Assembly (NCBI RefSeq): GCF_021028975.2
Contig: NC_059428.1
Location: forward strand, 138,756,001-138,820,000
DNA: 64,000 bases
Origin: Sphaerodactylus townsendi
Lineage: Eukaryota
Direction of reading: 5' to 3'
Under the pieces are notes generated by a model. That model did no database searches, was not told where the DNA came from, and worked only from the letters and a program-made list of their open reading frames with translations. Positions 46,351-58,141 of this stretch are shown here, piece after piece (position 1 is the stretch's first letter; each line of letters starts with the position of its first letter). Position numbers and translations under genes: made by a program.

Positions 46351-48012
46351 GCCCCTCCCGAAAGGGGCCCGTGGCTGTGAGCGGGGGAGAGACGTGGGGT
46401 GGGTGTGTGTGGAGATCTCCTGGAATTGGACGACCCCCCGGAGAAAACGATTTCCTTGCAGGGAGGGTGCGGCGACGTTGCCCACCCACCCCCTCGGGCC
46501 CCGCTGCCCTCCAGTTTCCAGGAACTGGCCAGCCTGCAGTTGGCAACCCTCGGGGCCGCTGCGGCGTCTCTTCTGTCAGAGGGCAAAGGCATCCTTGTGG
46601 CTGGGGAGGCTGCGCTGATGCCCAGGGCACGCCTGGCACTGCTCTGAGGGTCTGGCTGTGCCGCTGGGGCGGGGGAGAGCTTGTGTTGTTTTCCGTCGAG
46701 AGCCCCCACCCCCCTCGGCTTGGTTTTGCATGAGCAAGGACTGGTCACCTCCTGCGCTTGTGGCCTTGCTGCATATGGTCCACTTCCACTGAATGGGCCA
46801 AATTCATCCCTGCCTTACAACCACCACCCCACACAGTGGCACAACATCCCCCCCCCCCCCTCCAATCTCCTGGCTCTGCTTTCTGGAGGTGCAGTCGTGT
46901 CTCAGCACCACCATGGTAGCTCCCAAGCAGGACAGTCGGGCCGGGGAGGGGGGCAGCTTTGCCAGCCGTGCAGCACTGCCAGGGGATGAGTGACGGTGGG
47001 GGAAAGCGTGCCTGGGTCAGCCCCATCCATGAGTTGCCAAAAGCTCCTTGGCATGACCAGAATGCCCAGCAGGCTGCAGGGAAGCCAGCAAAACACGGAC
47101 CAGTGGTGATGCGCAATGTTTTGTGGCAGTGAACAGAGGCAGGAGAGCTGGCAAGCTGCTGCTGGCCGCATGTGAGGGGCAGGCAGAAGATGTGCCAGGC
47201 AAGGGGCTTTTCCATCCTGAAGCCCAAGGAGAGAAGTGTCCTGTGGTCATAGGCTGTGCGTGGAACAAGAGGCGCATGAGAGAGAGAGAGAGAATCTGAG
47301 TGTCAAAGCAGTTTGGTCATGTTGTTGCCACATACACAGCTCCGCTGAACCCTTTCCCCGTCCAGCGCTTTCCAGTTCTGCAACTGGGAACCACCTGAGG
47401 GCCAGATGGGAGACGCTTCCTTGTGGCTGCAGTGTGAGCAATGCTGACCCCCTCAGGCGTCCCTGCAGGCATCGGGGGGGGGGGGGGGAACCCAGGCCAG
47501 GGAACAGATGGCAGCACAAGCCTCACAGCAAGGCAAGGGCATCAGCCCCAGAGAGGCCAGACGTCCGGCTTCCATCCTGGAGTGGTGCAGAAGCAGCATT
47601 GGTGGCTGCTGACCAACGACACGCAGCGACTGTGTCTTTTCTCATCCCTCGGGTGTGTGGGGCGGCATTGGGGGTGAAAGGCAGGGCTTGCTGAGGCTAG
47701 CCTTAAGTGTAAATGATGACCCTAGTCAGATGCCAGGTACCCGAGTGGCTGTTTGGAAGGCAGGCAGGCAAGCTAGAAGCAGAGCCTGGAAAGAAATGGC
47801 TGGGCTGAGGAAAGGTCTTGGCACCTCTGGAGGTGGCAGTGGGAGGCCACACCCACCAAGTACCTGGCCCTCCTGCTGGGAAAGTGCCTGAATTGGGGGG
47901 AGGGGGGGCAGTCCAGTTTGTCCGTGACAGTGAGGCCAGACTCCAGTTGCAAGGTGGCAGAGATCCCATCCAGCAGAGAGGCGGTTTGCGGTTCCAAGCG
48001 CAGCTGGCCAGG

Positions 48013-48018
48013 TCAGTC
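48013..48018 (-). CDS. CORO7: CORO7 last exon coding part (D + stop)
   Basis: ctctctgctgctccgcag|GAC TGA. Confidence 0.85.
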   Translation of the reverse strand, partial: D

Positions 48019-51000
48019 CTGCGGAGCAGCAGAGAGACAGGGTGCCAGTGAAGAGGGCGGGAGCGGTGGGCTCTCCTTGGCAGCTAAAGCACCCACCTCC
48101 CAATGGCCCCGGGTGGTCCTCGTGCCCACTGGGGCAGGGGCCAGGGACGGATCCACCTACCCACTCCTCCTCATCCACGCCCTCAAAGGCGTCCTGTGGC
48201 AGGGGGTCCTCGCGGTTGCCCAGCTTGGCCACCATTGCGTTGAGCAGCTGGAAGGGAAGGAAGCCATCATGGGCAGGAGTCTCGGCAGCCTGATCCCAAC
48301 GTTCCTCTCCCCCTCAGCCAGACCCGCCTGGGAAAGCCCTCACCTCCTCTTTCTTCTGCTCGTCAGACTTTTCCTCCAGGTAGACAGAGGACGGGACATA
48401 TTTTCGGCTGGGAAGATCCTTTGGGGCTCTGCTCACTGTGAAAGACGCATGGCAGAGATCAGGCAGCCACCTGGACCCACCGTGGCAGCTCTCTTGCATT
48501 CCTCTGAGATCCTCTCAGCCAGAGATTCCAGCTACATAAGCTGGGAACTGCCACACCCACAGAATTATTATTCCCCACCACCCGACGAGCTCAGGCTGAG
48601 CCCTGTCTGGCCCACCTTGAGCCGGAGCATTGTCAGAAGACACAGAGGTCTTTACAGAACTTCAGAGGGCACTTTGCCAGGGCCACTGCCACTGTCCACA
48701 TGGCACGGAGGGGCCTTTCTGAGCTCCGCCCTCCCTGCTGACCCCTATCGTGGCATCTCCTGTTGGCCACGCCTGCTTCTCACCTGGTGTCATAGTACCG
48801 GGCTGAAGGCTGATCTTGCGGTGTTGTCCATTGGAGCCCTCGAGCCAGGCGGTGGCTGATAAGGCAGGTTCCCACCACACCTCTGTGGCCGGGTAGAGAT
48901 CATCCTGGAAGAACTCTTTCTGCAAAGACCGAGATACATAAAGAAAGCGGTGTTGGTCCTTCTCTTAGAATTCTGTGGTTCATTTGTCCATCACGTATCT
49001 CGACACACAAGGCACCTACGTTCTGTAGGCCAGCGGAGAGGCCTAGTACTGGCACAGAGACCGGCGGCAGGCCTTGAGCCACTGATGTGCTGGCGTCTGC
49101 CTGAGGCGAGGAACAGTGTGTCTGCTGGAGCCAGATGTGGCATTGCTCACCAGTCGATAGTGCACACGCAGCCAGAGCTCTCAACTCGCCCAAATGCCCC
49201 TCAATAAAAGCCCCCAAGTAAACTCCAGGTCTGACCAGTCACAACATCTTGTCACACAAGCGCACTTATGCCTGGCTAGGTTCATGCCTCTCCCTTGCAA
49301 TGCAAGCCCACAGTGCCCTGAGTGGTCTACAGGACACGCACCCTGGTGTCCCCCTTCTGTCCTTCCTTGGGCAACTGCACAGCCTGTGGGTTGCCCTGGT
49401 GGCCCGTGAAAGCAAAAGGTCAGAGCGTGGTGGCACCAGGACACTGTTCCCAACGCAGTAGCCCTTTTGCCTGGAAAAGTTGCCCTCACATGGGAATGAC
49501 GGGCAGTTTTCTCAGAGCTTGGACCAAAGGACTGCATTAGATGTGAGTCTACTAGATGTGATGGCTACTTGTGAGTGCGCACATGGGAGAGGGCCACGAG
49601 GCCCTTTGGAGGTGTGGGATGAGAGAAAAGATCGTCTATCAGACGTACGACTAGTTAGCACTGGAAAGTACACACAGCGAAATAACAGGCAATGCCTCTC
49701 CAAGGGAAATAAGAAGAGAAGAGTTTGGATTTACATCCCCCCTTTCTCTCCTGCAAGGAGACTCAAAGGGGCTCACAATCTCCTTTCCCTCCCCCCACCC
49801 CCACAACAAACACCCTGTGAGGTGGGTGGGGCTGAGAGCTTTAAAGAGCTGTGACTAGCCCAAGCTCACCCAGCTGGCATGTGTTGGAGTGCACAGGCTA
49901 ATCTAGTTCCCCAGATAAGCCTCCACAGCTCAAGTGGCAGAGTAGGGAATCAAACCCAGTTCTCCAGATTAGAGTGTGCTTGCTCTTAATCACTATGCAA
50001 CTGCTGCTCTCCATAAGCAAGCTGAGAGGTCCCTCAGGATCTGTGCTGGGGTTGGTGCTGTTTAATCTGGTCATAATGGTTTAGAGGTAAGCAGAGTTGT
50101 GGCCACGTGTTTGTCAGAAGGAGCTCGCTCCAAAGCAGGCCACATAATAATATATTGTCGAAGGCTTTCACGGCCGGATTCAACTGGTTCTGGTGGGTTT
50201 TCCGGGCTGCGTGGCCGTGGTCTGGTGGATTTTGTTCCTAATGTTTTGCCTGCATCTGTGGCTGGCATCTTCAGAGGTGTATCACAAAGTCTGTTTCACA
50301 CTGTGTGGCTCAGTGGCCAAGTCAGAGCAGTAAAGACAGCCTGAGCGGCCACAGCCTCCATCGGCTGCAGCCCTGTGAGGCATTGTAGTCAGCGAAAGAG
50401 GCGCGGTCTAGTCTTCAAAACAGTTCTGAACACTGTTGTGATCAGCCCATTGGATCCTGTCCTGCTTCACCTCCCGCCGGTGACCTGGGCACCTGTGTCT
50501 GCTCAGACCCGCCCCCCTCCCTCCCTCCTTTTCTCAGACTCATGATCAGCTTGGGAGCCACCTGCTGCTGTAGCTCTTTCAGCTGTTTGGAACGTGGGCT
50601 GTTTTGACACTGGTGAGGGAAGGCAGTTTCTCTTTCCAACAGATTGTGGGACTGGAGGGGTGCCACCCCCCCGCCCCTTTGGGAACTGGGCAGCGAGGTG
50701 GGGTGACATGGGTGGTGGCTTGTGGTATAATGGTGCTTTCAATATTGGCTATGCCTAGTTCTGGTAAAAAATCAGGGTGTCCAACTCTGGCTACAATTCC
50801 CATCAGCCCTTGCTGATAGACACCCCTGGTCTAAATGCTCATTTCCTGATGCTGCTTCATGATAAAAAAATCAACTGGAACCAGAGTCTTGTCCAGGGTG
50901 TGACAATACCTGGAACTGCTTTGGCTGAGCAAGCAGCACTCGGGCCACGGAGAGGGTGCTTCCTCCCCCACCTCCACGCAGGACCCACCCACGTACCTTG

Positions 51001-54000
51001 ATCCTGGGCACGTGGAAGCCTACGGGCTCAATAGAGGTCTGCCTGAGACGCAGGGCCCGGGCGATCTCCACCTCACGCACGTCACACTCCGGCTTGGGCA
51101 GGAACTGGAAGCCCTGGAGAGGTGCAGAGGTCAAAGGGACATGACTGCGAGCTCATGGCACACAACTCATCTCTGGCCACCCCGTCCATCCACTGCACTA
51201 TGGATGAAGAAGGCCTCTCCAGTGACACAAGTGCTCTGCCTGTAGACAGCCACCAGGGGGCAGACTGACAATATGTTTGACAGACCACAGAAACTGGTGA
51301 GAGAAGAGCCAGCTGTGCAGGGATAGTTCTAGCCCCCCCACCCTGGGCTTTCCCCAGGAGGAGGGAACTGAGGGTGTTGCTACTCCAAGGGGTGCAATTG
51401 GGGTCTCCTGCAGGCATTAACACCCCTTCCTCCTCACAACCTCCCCAGCAGAGGAGGTCTTCCGACATCCTGTTTCTAACTTAAGGCGACATCCTGTTTC
51501 TAACGCAAGGCGCAAAGGCACCATCACTTGTCTCCCATTAGAAGGAAAAGAAGAGTTTGGATGCATGCCCCGCTTTTCTTTAAGGAGTCTCAAAGCACCT
51601 CACAAAGCACCCTTTCCCTTCCTCTCCCCACAACAGGCTCCTTGTGAGGTGGGCGGGGCTGAGAGGGTTCAGAGAGAACTGGGACTGACCCAAGGTCACC
51701 CAGCAGGATTCATATGAAAGAATGGGGAATTAAACCCGATTCTCCAGATTAGAGTCCACTGCTCCTCACCACACCACATTGGCTCAGGGAAAGTGCTTCT
51801 GACTATGGAGGTTCTCTTTAGCTATCACGAATGAGAGATGCTCCCTTTGGGGGACAGGTTCCTTTCAGTTTCTAGCTGCAGTTGTAGTCGGCTTTCTTTT
51901 TATCTTTCTGGCCTTTATGGGGAAGGTGGAAGGCATGGATCCCACTGGCTGAGGTCTGCCCTGCTGAAGGACCCAGTGGGGGCAGCAGGAGCCCTCCTTT
52001 CTTCATGGCCCCCCTCCCGCATGGAGGTCTCCTGGCTCCTCTCCTCTGTCATCCCTGCCGGCCTGCTCACCTTGTGGGGCTCGTTGGAGAAGAAGCTGTT
52101 ACACTCCAGAAAGAAGGGTGCCTCGGGAACAATTTCATACACAAAGACTCGGGTGTCCCCCTAAAGATGGGGCAGGAAAAAGAGGCTGGAGCTGAGTTGG
52201 GGGTGGGGGGTGGGCGAGGGACTACAGTCAGCCCTGCCCGGCCCGTGGCTCTTCTGTGCAAAAGCAGGCCAGAGACTTTGGCGCCAACTCTGGCCAGTGC
52301 TAGAGCAAGGCGATGCAGCAGCAGAGGAGTGTAGCCACCAGGGGCTGAGCTTTATGCAAAGTCTCCCCCCTCCCCCCGCTTCCACTGGCCATCCGAGATG
52401 CGCGCAGGAACGCCAACCTGCCTTCCGCCCAGCAATACAGAGCAGAGAATGGGGCTGGGACACACCTCTGGGTTCCAAAGGTGGACCCCGGGCCGGCTGG
52501 CCACCCACTCACCTTGCCTGTCAGGAAGAGCAAACCCGTGTCCATGTCATAGTAGGGGATGAGGGTGGATGGAGAGACGTCGAGGCTGATGTGGGCCACA
52601 GGTCCATTTGCCAGGAACTCTGCACGGTACAGGCAGAGCTGACGTTCGCTATGGCTAAAGAGGTGGGGGAGAGAGTGGATGAGGCCCCTGGGCTGGCTGG
52701 CCTGCCAGCATGTGGCTCCTGGGTCGAAGGGAGATGCTCTGGGTCTTACCTGTCAAAGCCCGACACCAGCAGGTTTTTGCCTCCACACATCCAGACAATG
52801 CGGGCCCCCCGGCCTCCCTCGGGGCCTGGGCCTTCCTGACATGCGACAAGGAGAGAGATGGGAGACTCAAGTGACATTCTGCATGATGTCAGTAACCCAA
52901 ACACCTCTTCCTGCCACAACAGGACTCTCAGCCTGGGGACAGCAGCAAGCCTCTACGACGCCCCTACCCCATACCTTGACCTCTTTCCAGTGACGAAAGG
53001 AGGGGGAACTGCGCCCGGAGCACGAACTGCCTCCCCGGTCCCGCCTCCCCTTGTGACTTCAATGGCGGTGCCCAGGACAAGGCTCCCCGGATGTCCCCAT
53101 TGCAGCTAGGTGCCTGCCTCTTCATCTCCCTTCCCAGCTTAGGTCCCAGAGGGGGCCCAGGCTGCAGTACATCAATCAGGTCAGGGGGAACAGGAGAGGA
53201 GGGCCCTTCCTCCACCTCTGCTTCCAAAGCACCCACAGTTCTCCACGCTCAGAGATGCACCGCTTCCCCGACTGCCTGGGCTCGCTCACCTGCGTGGGCT
53301 GGGCTGCTTGTCGGGGCTCATAAACCCGCACTTTCCCATCCTTGCACACGGTGGCCAGGTGGCATCCGTTTGGGCTCCAGGCCATGCTGAAGATCTGCAA
53401 AGGTCCCCAGAAGAGGTCAGCCCCCTGGTCTCTGGGGCGTGGGGCTTTGTGCAGAGGGCTCAGGCCCAGAGGGGCTTCCTCCAACCCCTCCCCCCAGCCA
53501 AGCAGGGGCCACTGCATCACTAGTGGTGACCCACATCTGGCAGCCCACGCCCTGCTCCTTGGGAGATGCCATGGCTGCTGAGTCCTTCCTCAGAGAAATG
53601 GGGAGAGCCGGTAATCTTCATGGAGGCCGCTCTCTTTCCCCACCTGCCTTCCTACCTGGTCCCCGTGTCCATTGAGAAGCAGCGCTTGTTTCCCTGAGCG
53701 TGCATCCCAGATCCGGATGCTCAGGTCATAGGAGGAGGAGGCCAGGATGTCTGCAGCCAGCGGGTGGAATTTGATGGCGTAAATCTTCTCCGTGTGACCT
53801 GGGAGGGAAGGGTCCAGGGATGCTCTCTGGTCCTGCAGTCCCTCCAGACCTGCCAGGCCAGGGTGAGCAGAGGAGCAGGGGACTCATTGCCCCCCCCCCC
53901 ATCCTGTGGAGCCTCCTACCTCGCAACACAGCCTCAGGTTCTCGCAAGCTCTCCTGCAGCCCTTCCGGTGGGACCCGCCACAGGCGGATTCTGGCATCTT

Positions 54001-57000
54001 CCCCGGCTGCATGAGAAAACCAAGCGGAGGTCCTGAGCCAAGTGCTGGTCTTGGCTGCTCTGGCTGGACATCAGCCGCCGTGGCACTCCAATGCCCACAA
54101 GGAAGATTCAGCAGGGCCTCCTCTGTGACCCCCCCCACACACACACACACACACTAGGGCAGCCTCGGGGTTCCACAGCTCAAAGTCACTCACCAATAGC
54201 CAGGCGCTCCAGATCAAAGGGGTCCCAGCACAGGTCGGAAACTGGAGCCCCGTTCTCGATGGTAGGCAGGGAAACGTCAGGCAAGCGACCCGGCTGGGAC
54301 AGCTAGTGAGGAACCACCGCGTGTGCGTGAGCGCTCGAGAAGGGAGCCTACTCCTCCACTTGCAGGGAGGTCATGGGGAGGGTGGACCCACTTCCTGGGG
54401 CTGCACAGATGCCTTCCCCCAGTTTCTCCAGCACCTCCAAGAAGTGGACAGCCAGCACAGCGAACACCTGGGAAGGAGGGGCCCTGGTGTTTTGGATCCC
54501 AAGGAGCTGGGAACCGAGGTCAGGCAATGGCTTTGTCCCTTGGATGGGGCATGGACTGGGGCAGCTGAGGGGCAGGGGGCAGGCTGGCTGCTTTGGGAAG
54601 CCCTGCCCATCGAACAGCCGCCCCCCCCCCCACCACCGCCTGCCTTTACCTCCAAGATGGCCACCTGCCCTCCTGCAGAGAGCAGCGGGACGGCAACGTG
54701 TCGCTGGTTAGCACAGAAGCCGTCCGACTCGCCTGGCGTGGTGAGGTTCAGCCCCTTGAGGTTGGTGAAGTGGGTGCCGCGGGGCAGGACGGTGCCCTGG
54801 ATGTGGCGGAAGCCGGAGCTGGGGCCTAGGGCAGAAGGCGCAGAGGATGAAAGGCCAGCTTCCCAGGGAGCCTTGCTGGGAAACTGGGCCTCCTAGGTGG
54901 TGGCTAGTGGAGAGAGCTGGCAAAGGCCCGGCCTCCTGCCCCCGCTCCCCCACACAGAGCCGGTCGGGCCCGGGAGAAGAGAAGCCTGCTTACCCAGAAT
55001 GCTCTGCAAGGACCTCTGGCTCGGGCTAGAGACAAAGCCGCTGGTGGCGGAGAGGGATGCTGCCGTGCTGGAGGGAGACGTCGGGGTGCTGGTGGGAGAG
55101 GACAGGCCGCTGCCCGCCTGGGAGAGCAAGAGAAACACTGCCTGTATATTGGAGAAATTGCAGCTAAGGGCCATCTATGCACTTCGAGAAACTTGAGGGG
55201 AACAGTTGGGGGCAGAACAGTCCACGGAGGGGAGGGCGCCTAGGCCAAAGGGCCTCTCCCCAAACAACATTGTCTAGGCACAGACGCCACTGATGGGTCC
55301 TCCGCCCTCCCCGCTTGGGAGCACCAGGTGCCTCCCATGCCCTAAGAGGCAAAGACCCCCGCAGTCCCACTTGGCCCGCTGTCCTCTCAGCAAGGGCTGG
55401 GGGCACCCACGTGTCGACCAGCAGAGCCTCGAGCACTTGGGTTAGGTTCTGGCCTAGCATTCAGAGACAGGGAGGGGTGCCAGCCACAGCAGCGGGGGGA
55501 GGTGGGGGTGGGGGAAATGCTCACGCTGATATCCAGGTCCTCGGTCTTCTTGTCTGGCTGGGGGGAGCCCAGGGTCTGGCTTTCCAGGTGGAGGCTCAGA
55601 ACACAGCGGGAAGTGAAGGTTCGGCTGGTCCGGTGGGCGGGGTGGAGGCTGATGCGCGGGACCTGGCGGGAGAGAGGCAGGAGAAGGCTGCCCGTCCAAT
55701 GTGGAGGGGTGGGGGAAGGAGTTCTTGACACACCCCTGCCCTCCTTGCTGGTGGGGGCAGCTGCTAGGCCAGCCATGGGCCCAAGAGGACTGCGTGGCAT
55801 CAAAGGCTGCTGTTGGCTGGGTCCTCAGTGCTTGGGGTGGGGGGGGCACTGCCATAGCTGGTGTCCTCTGCCTAGGTCTGAAAGTAGCGATGGTTGCCCA
55901 GAAGAGCACTGACTGGGAACATGCCACAGGGCAGATATGCCCTATGAGGGCTGGCATTCACTGGGAGGGAAGTCTGCCTCTGTGCCCGCCTCTTGGGAAG
56001 CCTTGGGGCCACCGCGCAGCCTCTGCCAGGGCTCTCACCTGGCTGACATCTCCTGCCCACCAGGCCTGAGCAGAGGCCGCAGGGACGTTTCCGACGCAGC
56101 TGGGGAACAGGTCCTCCTGGAACTCCTGCGTGGACTGCAAGACATGCGCTCGGTGGGTGTGCGCCACAACAGCCACATCGCCACACCACGGTGCCGCCTT
56201 TCCCTCTGCCCCCTTTTACCTTCCGTGGCACTTTGTAGCTGACGTGCACGATGGCGCTGTCTGTGAGCTGCAGGACCCGCATGACTTCGCAGGCCAGGAC
56301 GTCCAGGGCCAGCTTGGGCACCTGCGCGATCCCGTGGGCCTTGCTCTCGCTCCGGCACTGGCCGACTAGGCAGAAGCACAGTCAGTGGGGGGGGGGGGGC
56401 AGGACTAACAGTCGGGGGGGCACAGCTGCCAGGGAAGGGACCAAAACCAAGGTGGCGACGGCTCAAACAGCTGCCAGCTCTACCCAAGAGGGGCTGTTTT
56501 CTTTCCCTAGACCTGGGAGCCTCCTTTCATTGCTGGGAAAATGTGTCCACCTCTCCATACCCACACAAAGAATGCCTGCAAAACAGAGGAAGCCCCCCAC
56601 CCCACCCCGGCCTCCTCTTCCAGCAGCCCATTTAGCAGCCGGGACTGGCAAGCCAGCACGGTTGGGGCTGGTGTGCTCTGAAGGTCTGTGCTTGAGGGAT
56701 AAGAACTCTCCCTTGGCCCCAAGAGCTGCAGGTCAAATCTGGGGGGACCCCCTCACCTTCTGTCAGCACTGGCTGTCCAGGCAGCACCTCGTAGCAGAAC
56801 AGCATGTCTTCCCCCTGGAAGGCAAGAACAGAAGAATTTGGAGTTTTATCCCCCCTCTCTCTCCTGTAAGGAGACTCAAAAGGGCTGACAATCTCCTTTC
56901 CCTTCCCCATGGCCCCACAACAGACCCCTTGTGAGGTGGGTGGGGCTGAGAGAGCTCCAAAGAGCTGTGACTAGCCCAAGCTCACCCAGCTGGCGTGTGT

Positions 57001-57294
57001 TGGAGTGCACAGGCTAATCTGGTTCCCCAGATAAGCCTCCACAGCTCAAGCGGCAGAGCAGGGAATCAAACCCGGTTCTCTAGATTAGAATGCACCTGCT
57101 CTTAGCCACTATACCCCGCTGACATCTGAGCCCTCTGCACAGGAGAGAGCAGGGTAGGACTGGCCACCCCATTTGGCCCACATGTGTGAAAACCAGGGAT
57201 GGGTAGGAGGAGGAGAAGAATGCAAGGAGTGGCACTCACTTTCCCCATCAGCACCAGGAGGCGAGTGTCGAGGTCAAAGAGCGGGATCAAGGTC
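48013..57294 (-). CDS. CORO7: Coronin-7, 3' part: 19 exons (equivalent to human exons 10-28); 5' exons lie beyond the window
   Basis: 19 GT-AG exons totalling 1993 nt in one continuous frame. WD40 repeats (GHTEKIYAIKFHPLAADILASSSYDLSIRIWD), coronin motifs (EFQEDLFP, KEFFQDDLYP) and acidic tail DPLPQDAFEGVDEEEWD*. Confidence 0.96.
48161..48247 (-). CDS. CORO7: CORO7 penultimate exon
   Basis: LLNAMVAKLGNREDPLPQDAFEGVDEEEW|gtaggt, 87 nt. Confidence 0.95.
48344..48435 (-). CDS. CORO7: CORO7 exon (~26)
   Basis: SRAPKDLPSRKYVPSSVYLEEKSDEQKKEE, 92 nt. Confidence 0.94.
48784..48919 (-). CDS. CORO7: CORO7 exon (~25)
   Basis: KEFFQDDLYPATEVWWEPALSATAWLEGSNGQHRKISLQPGTMTP, 136 nt. Confidence 0.94.
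49711..50010 (-). mobile_element. tRNA-derived SINE
   Basis: Same family as 12397-12720. Confidence 0.8.
50151..50300 (-). mobile_element. Penelope-like terminal fragment
   Basis: tattgtcgaaggctttcacggccgg...gctggcatcttcagagg. Confidence 0.65.
50997..51113 (-). CDS. CORO7: CORO7 exon (~24)
   Basis: GFQFLPKPECDVREVEIARALRLRQTSIEPVGFHVPRIK, 117 nt. Confidence 0.94.
51548..51786 (-). mobile_element. tRNA-derived SINE
   Basis: Same family, more diverged. Confidence 0.7.
52071..52160 (-). CDS. CORO7: CORO7 exon (~23)
   Basis: GDTRVFVYEIVPEAPFFLECNSFFSNEPHK, 90 nt. Confidence 0.94.
52513..52654 (-). CDS. CORO7: CORO7 exon (~22)
   Basis: HSERQLCLYRAEFLANGPVAHISLDVSPSTLIPYYDMDTGLLFLTGK, 142 nt. 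Confidence 0.94.
52750..52835 (-). CDS. CORO7: CORO7 exon (~21)
   Basis: EGPGPEGGRGARIVWMCGGKNLLVSGFD, 86 nt. Confidence 0.94.
53290..53394 (-). CDS. CORO7: CORO7 exon (~20)
   Basis: IFSMAWSPNGCHLATVCKDGKVRVYEPRQAAQPTQ, 105 nt. Confidence 0.94.
53656..53798 (-). CDS. CORO7: CORO7 exon (~19)
   Basis: HTEKIYAIKFHPLAADILASSSYDLSIRIWDARSGKQALLLNGHGDQ, 143 nt. Confidence 0.94.
53920..54006 (-). CDS. CORO7: CORO7 exon (~18)
   Basis: GEDARIRLWRVPPEGLQESLREPEAVLR, 87 nt. Confidence 0.93.
54194..54302 (-). CDS. CORO7: CORO7 exon (~17)
   Basis: LSQPGRLPDVSLPTIENGAPVSDLCWDPFDLERLAI, 109 nt. Confidence 0.93.
54650..54825 (-). CDS. CORO7: CORO7 exon (~16)
   Basis: PSSGFRHIQGTVLPRGTHFTNLKGLNLTTPGESDGFCANQRHVAVPLLSAGGQVAILE, 176 nt. 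Confidence 0.94.
54994..55117 (-). CDS. CORO7: CORO7 exon (~15, S/T/P linker)
   Basis: AGSGLSSPTSTPTSPSSTAASLSATSGFVSSPSQRSLQSIL+G|gtaagc. Confidence 0.87.
55525..55662 (-). CDS. CORO7: CORO7 exon (~14)
   Basis: VPRISLHPAHRTSRTFTSRC...DLDIS|gtgagc, 138 nt; donor in the variable linker is less certain. Confidence 0.8.
56039..56134 (-). CDS. CORO7: CORO7 exon (~13)
   Basis: STQEFQEDLFPSCVGNVPAASAQAWWAGDVSQ, 96 nt. Confidence 0.93.
56220..56365 (-). CDS. CORO7: CORO7 exon (~12)
   Basis: GQCRSESKAHGIAQVPKLALDVLACEVMRVLQLTDSAIVHVSYKVPRK, 146 nt. Confidence 0.93.
56757..56814 (-). CDS. CORO7: CORO7 exon (~11)
   Basis: GEDMLFCYEVLPGQPVLTE+G, 58 nt. Confidence 0.92.
56824..57121 (-). mobile_element. 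tRNA-derived SINE abutting CORO7 acceptor
   Basis: Same family as 12397-12720. Confidence 0.8.
57240..57294 (-). CDS. CORO7: CORO7 exon (~10)
   Basis: G-TLIPLFDLDTRLLVLMGK|gtgagt, 55 nt. Confidence 0.92.
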
Positions 57295-57544
57295 CTGCAA
57301 GACAAAAGAGGGGCATCCGGTGGAACCACAGCAGCTCCGTGCAGGCCAGCAGACACACCTGTGCACTCACACACACAGCCAAGCACGCATGCGGACGTCC
57401 GGCTCTGTCGCTTCGTCAAGCTGGACCTTCCCTCAAGAAACGAGTCTGGGCTGCTCTTATCAGGGGAGCATCCGACAGGCCGTAGGTCCCCCAGTGCAAA
57501 ATTTCCCTGTGGTTTAAAAGGCACCGTGGTTTACAATAAAACCC

Positions 57545-57820
57545 ATGTTGTGGGTTTTCCAAGTTGCACGGCTATGTTTCTAGTAGAAATGGCTGTGTTT
57601 GTATGGCTGTGTTTCCTGTGTTTGTATGGCTGTGTTTCCAGTAGAAAACCCATGGTTGAAAAGAAAACTCACGTTGTGGGTTTTCCAAGTTGTATGACTG
57701 TGTTCCAGTACCATTTCCTCCTGATGTTTCACCAGGAGAAAATGCTACTGGAACATGGCCATACAACCTGGAAAATCCACAACATCCTAGTGATTCTAGC
57801 CATGAAAGCCTTCGACAATT
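57545..57820. mobile_element. Penelope-like foldback copy with local tandem duplications
   Basis: Same family; left arm duplicated. Confidence 0.6.
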
Positions 57821-58141
57821 CATTTGCTTACTTGCTATCTGGGGGTAAGGGAGAACCCTGCCAGCCCCCCTTCCCCCTGCCAGCTATGTGCCCGAAGCAC
57901 CCCTGCCCACACTCTGTGTTCCTCCTTTCCCCAGCCTTGCCTCACTCTCCCAGTTGTGTAGCCTGCGGCAAACCCAACAGATGAAGTGTTGGCCAGTGTG
58001 CTGTGGGAGGCTTCCCCTTATGAATACTCTGGGCTTTGAGCTTGGATTTTTGGGAGAGGCGGTTTGGGTGTGACAACCAGGGGCATCTGTTTGGCCTGGA
58101 TCATGAACAGGGTCTGATCCAGCACGGCTCCTTTGACACTT

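Noticed and set aside
47918-48859. 313-aa + strand ORF opposite the CORO7 3' exons (and 41763-42833 opposite GLIS2)
   Set aside because: Antisense shadow of GC3-rich coding exons
51463-51510. 24-bp direct repeat as a CRISPR-like or regulatory array
   Set aside because: Only two adjacent units with no spacer; simple local duplication in a eukaryotic intron
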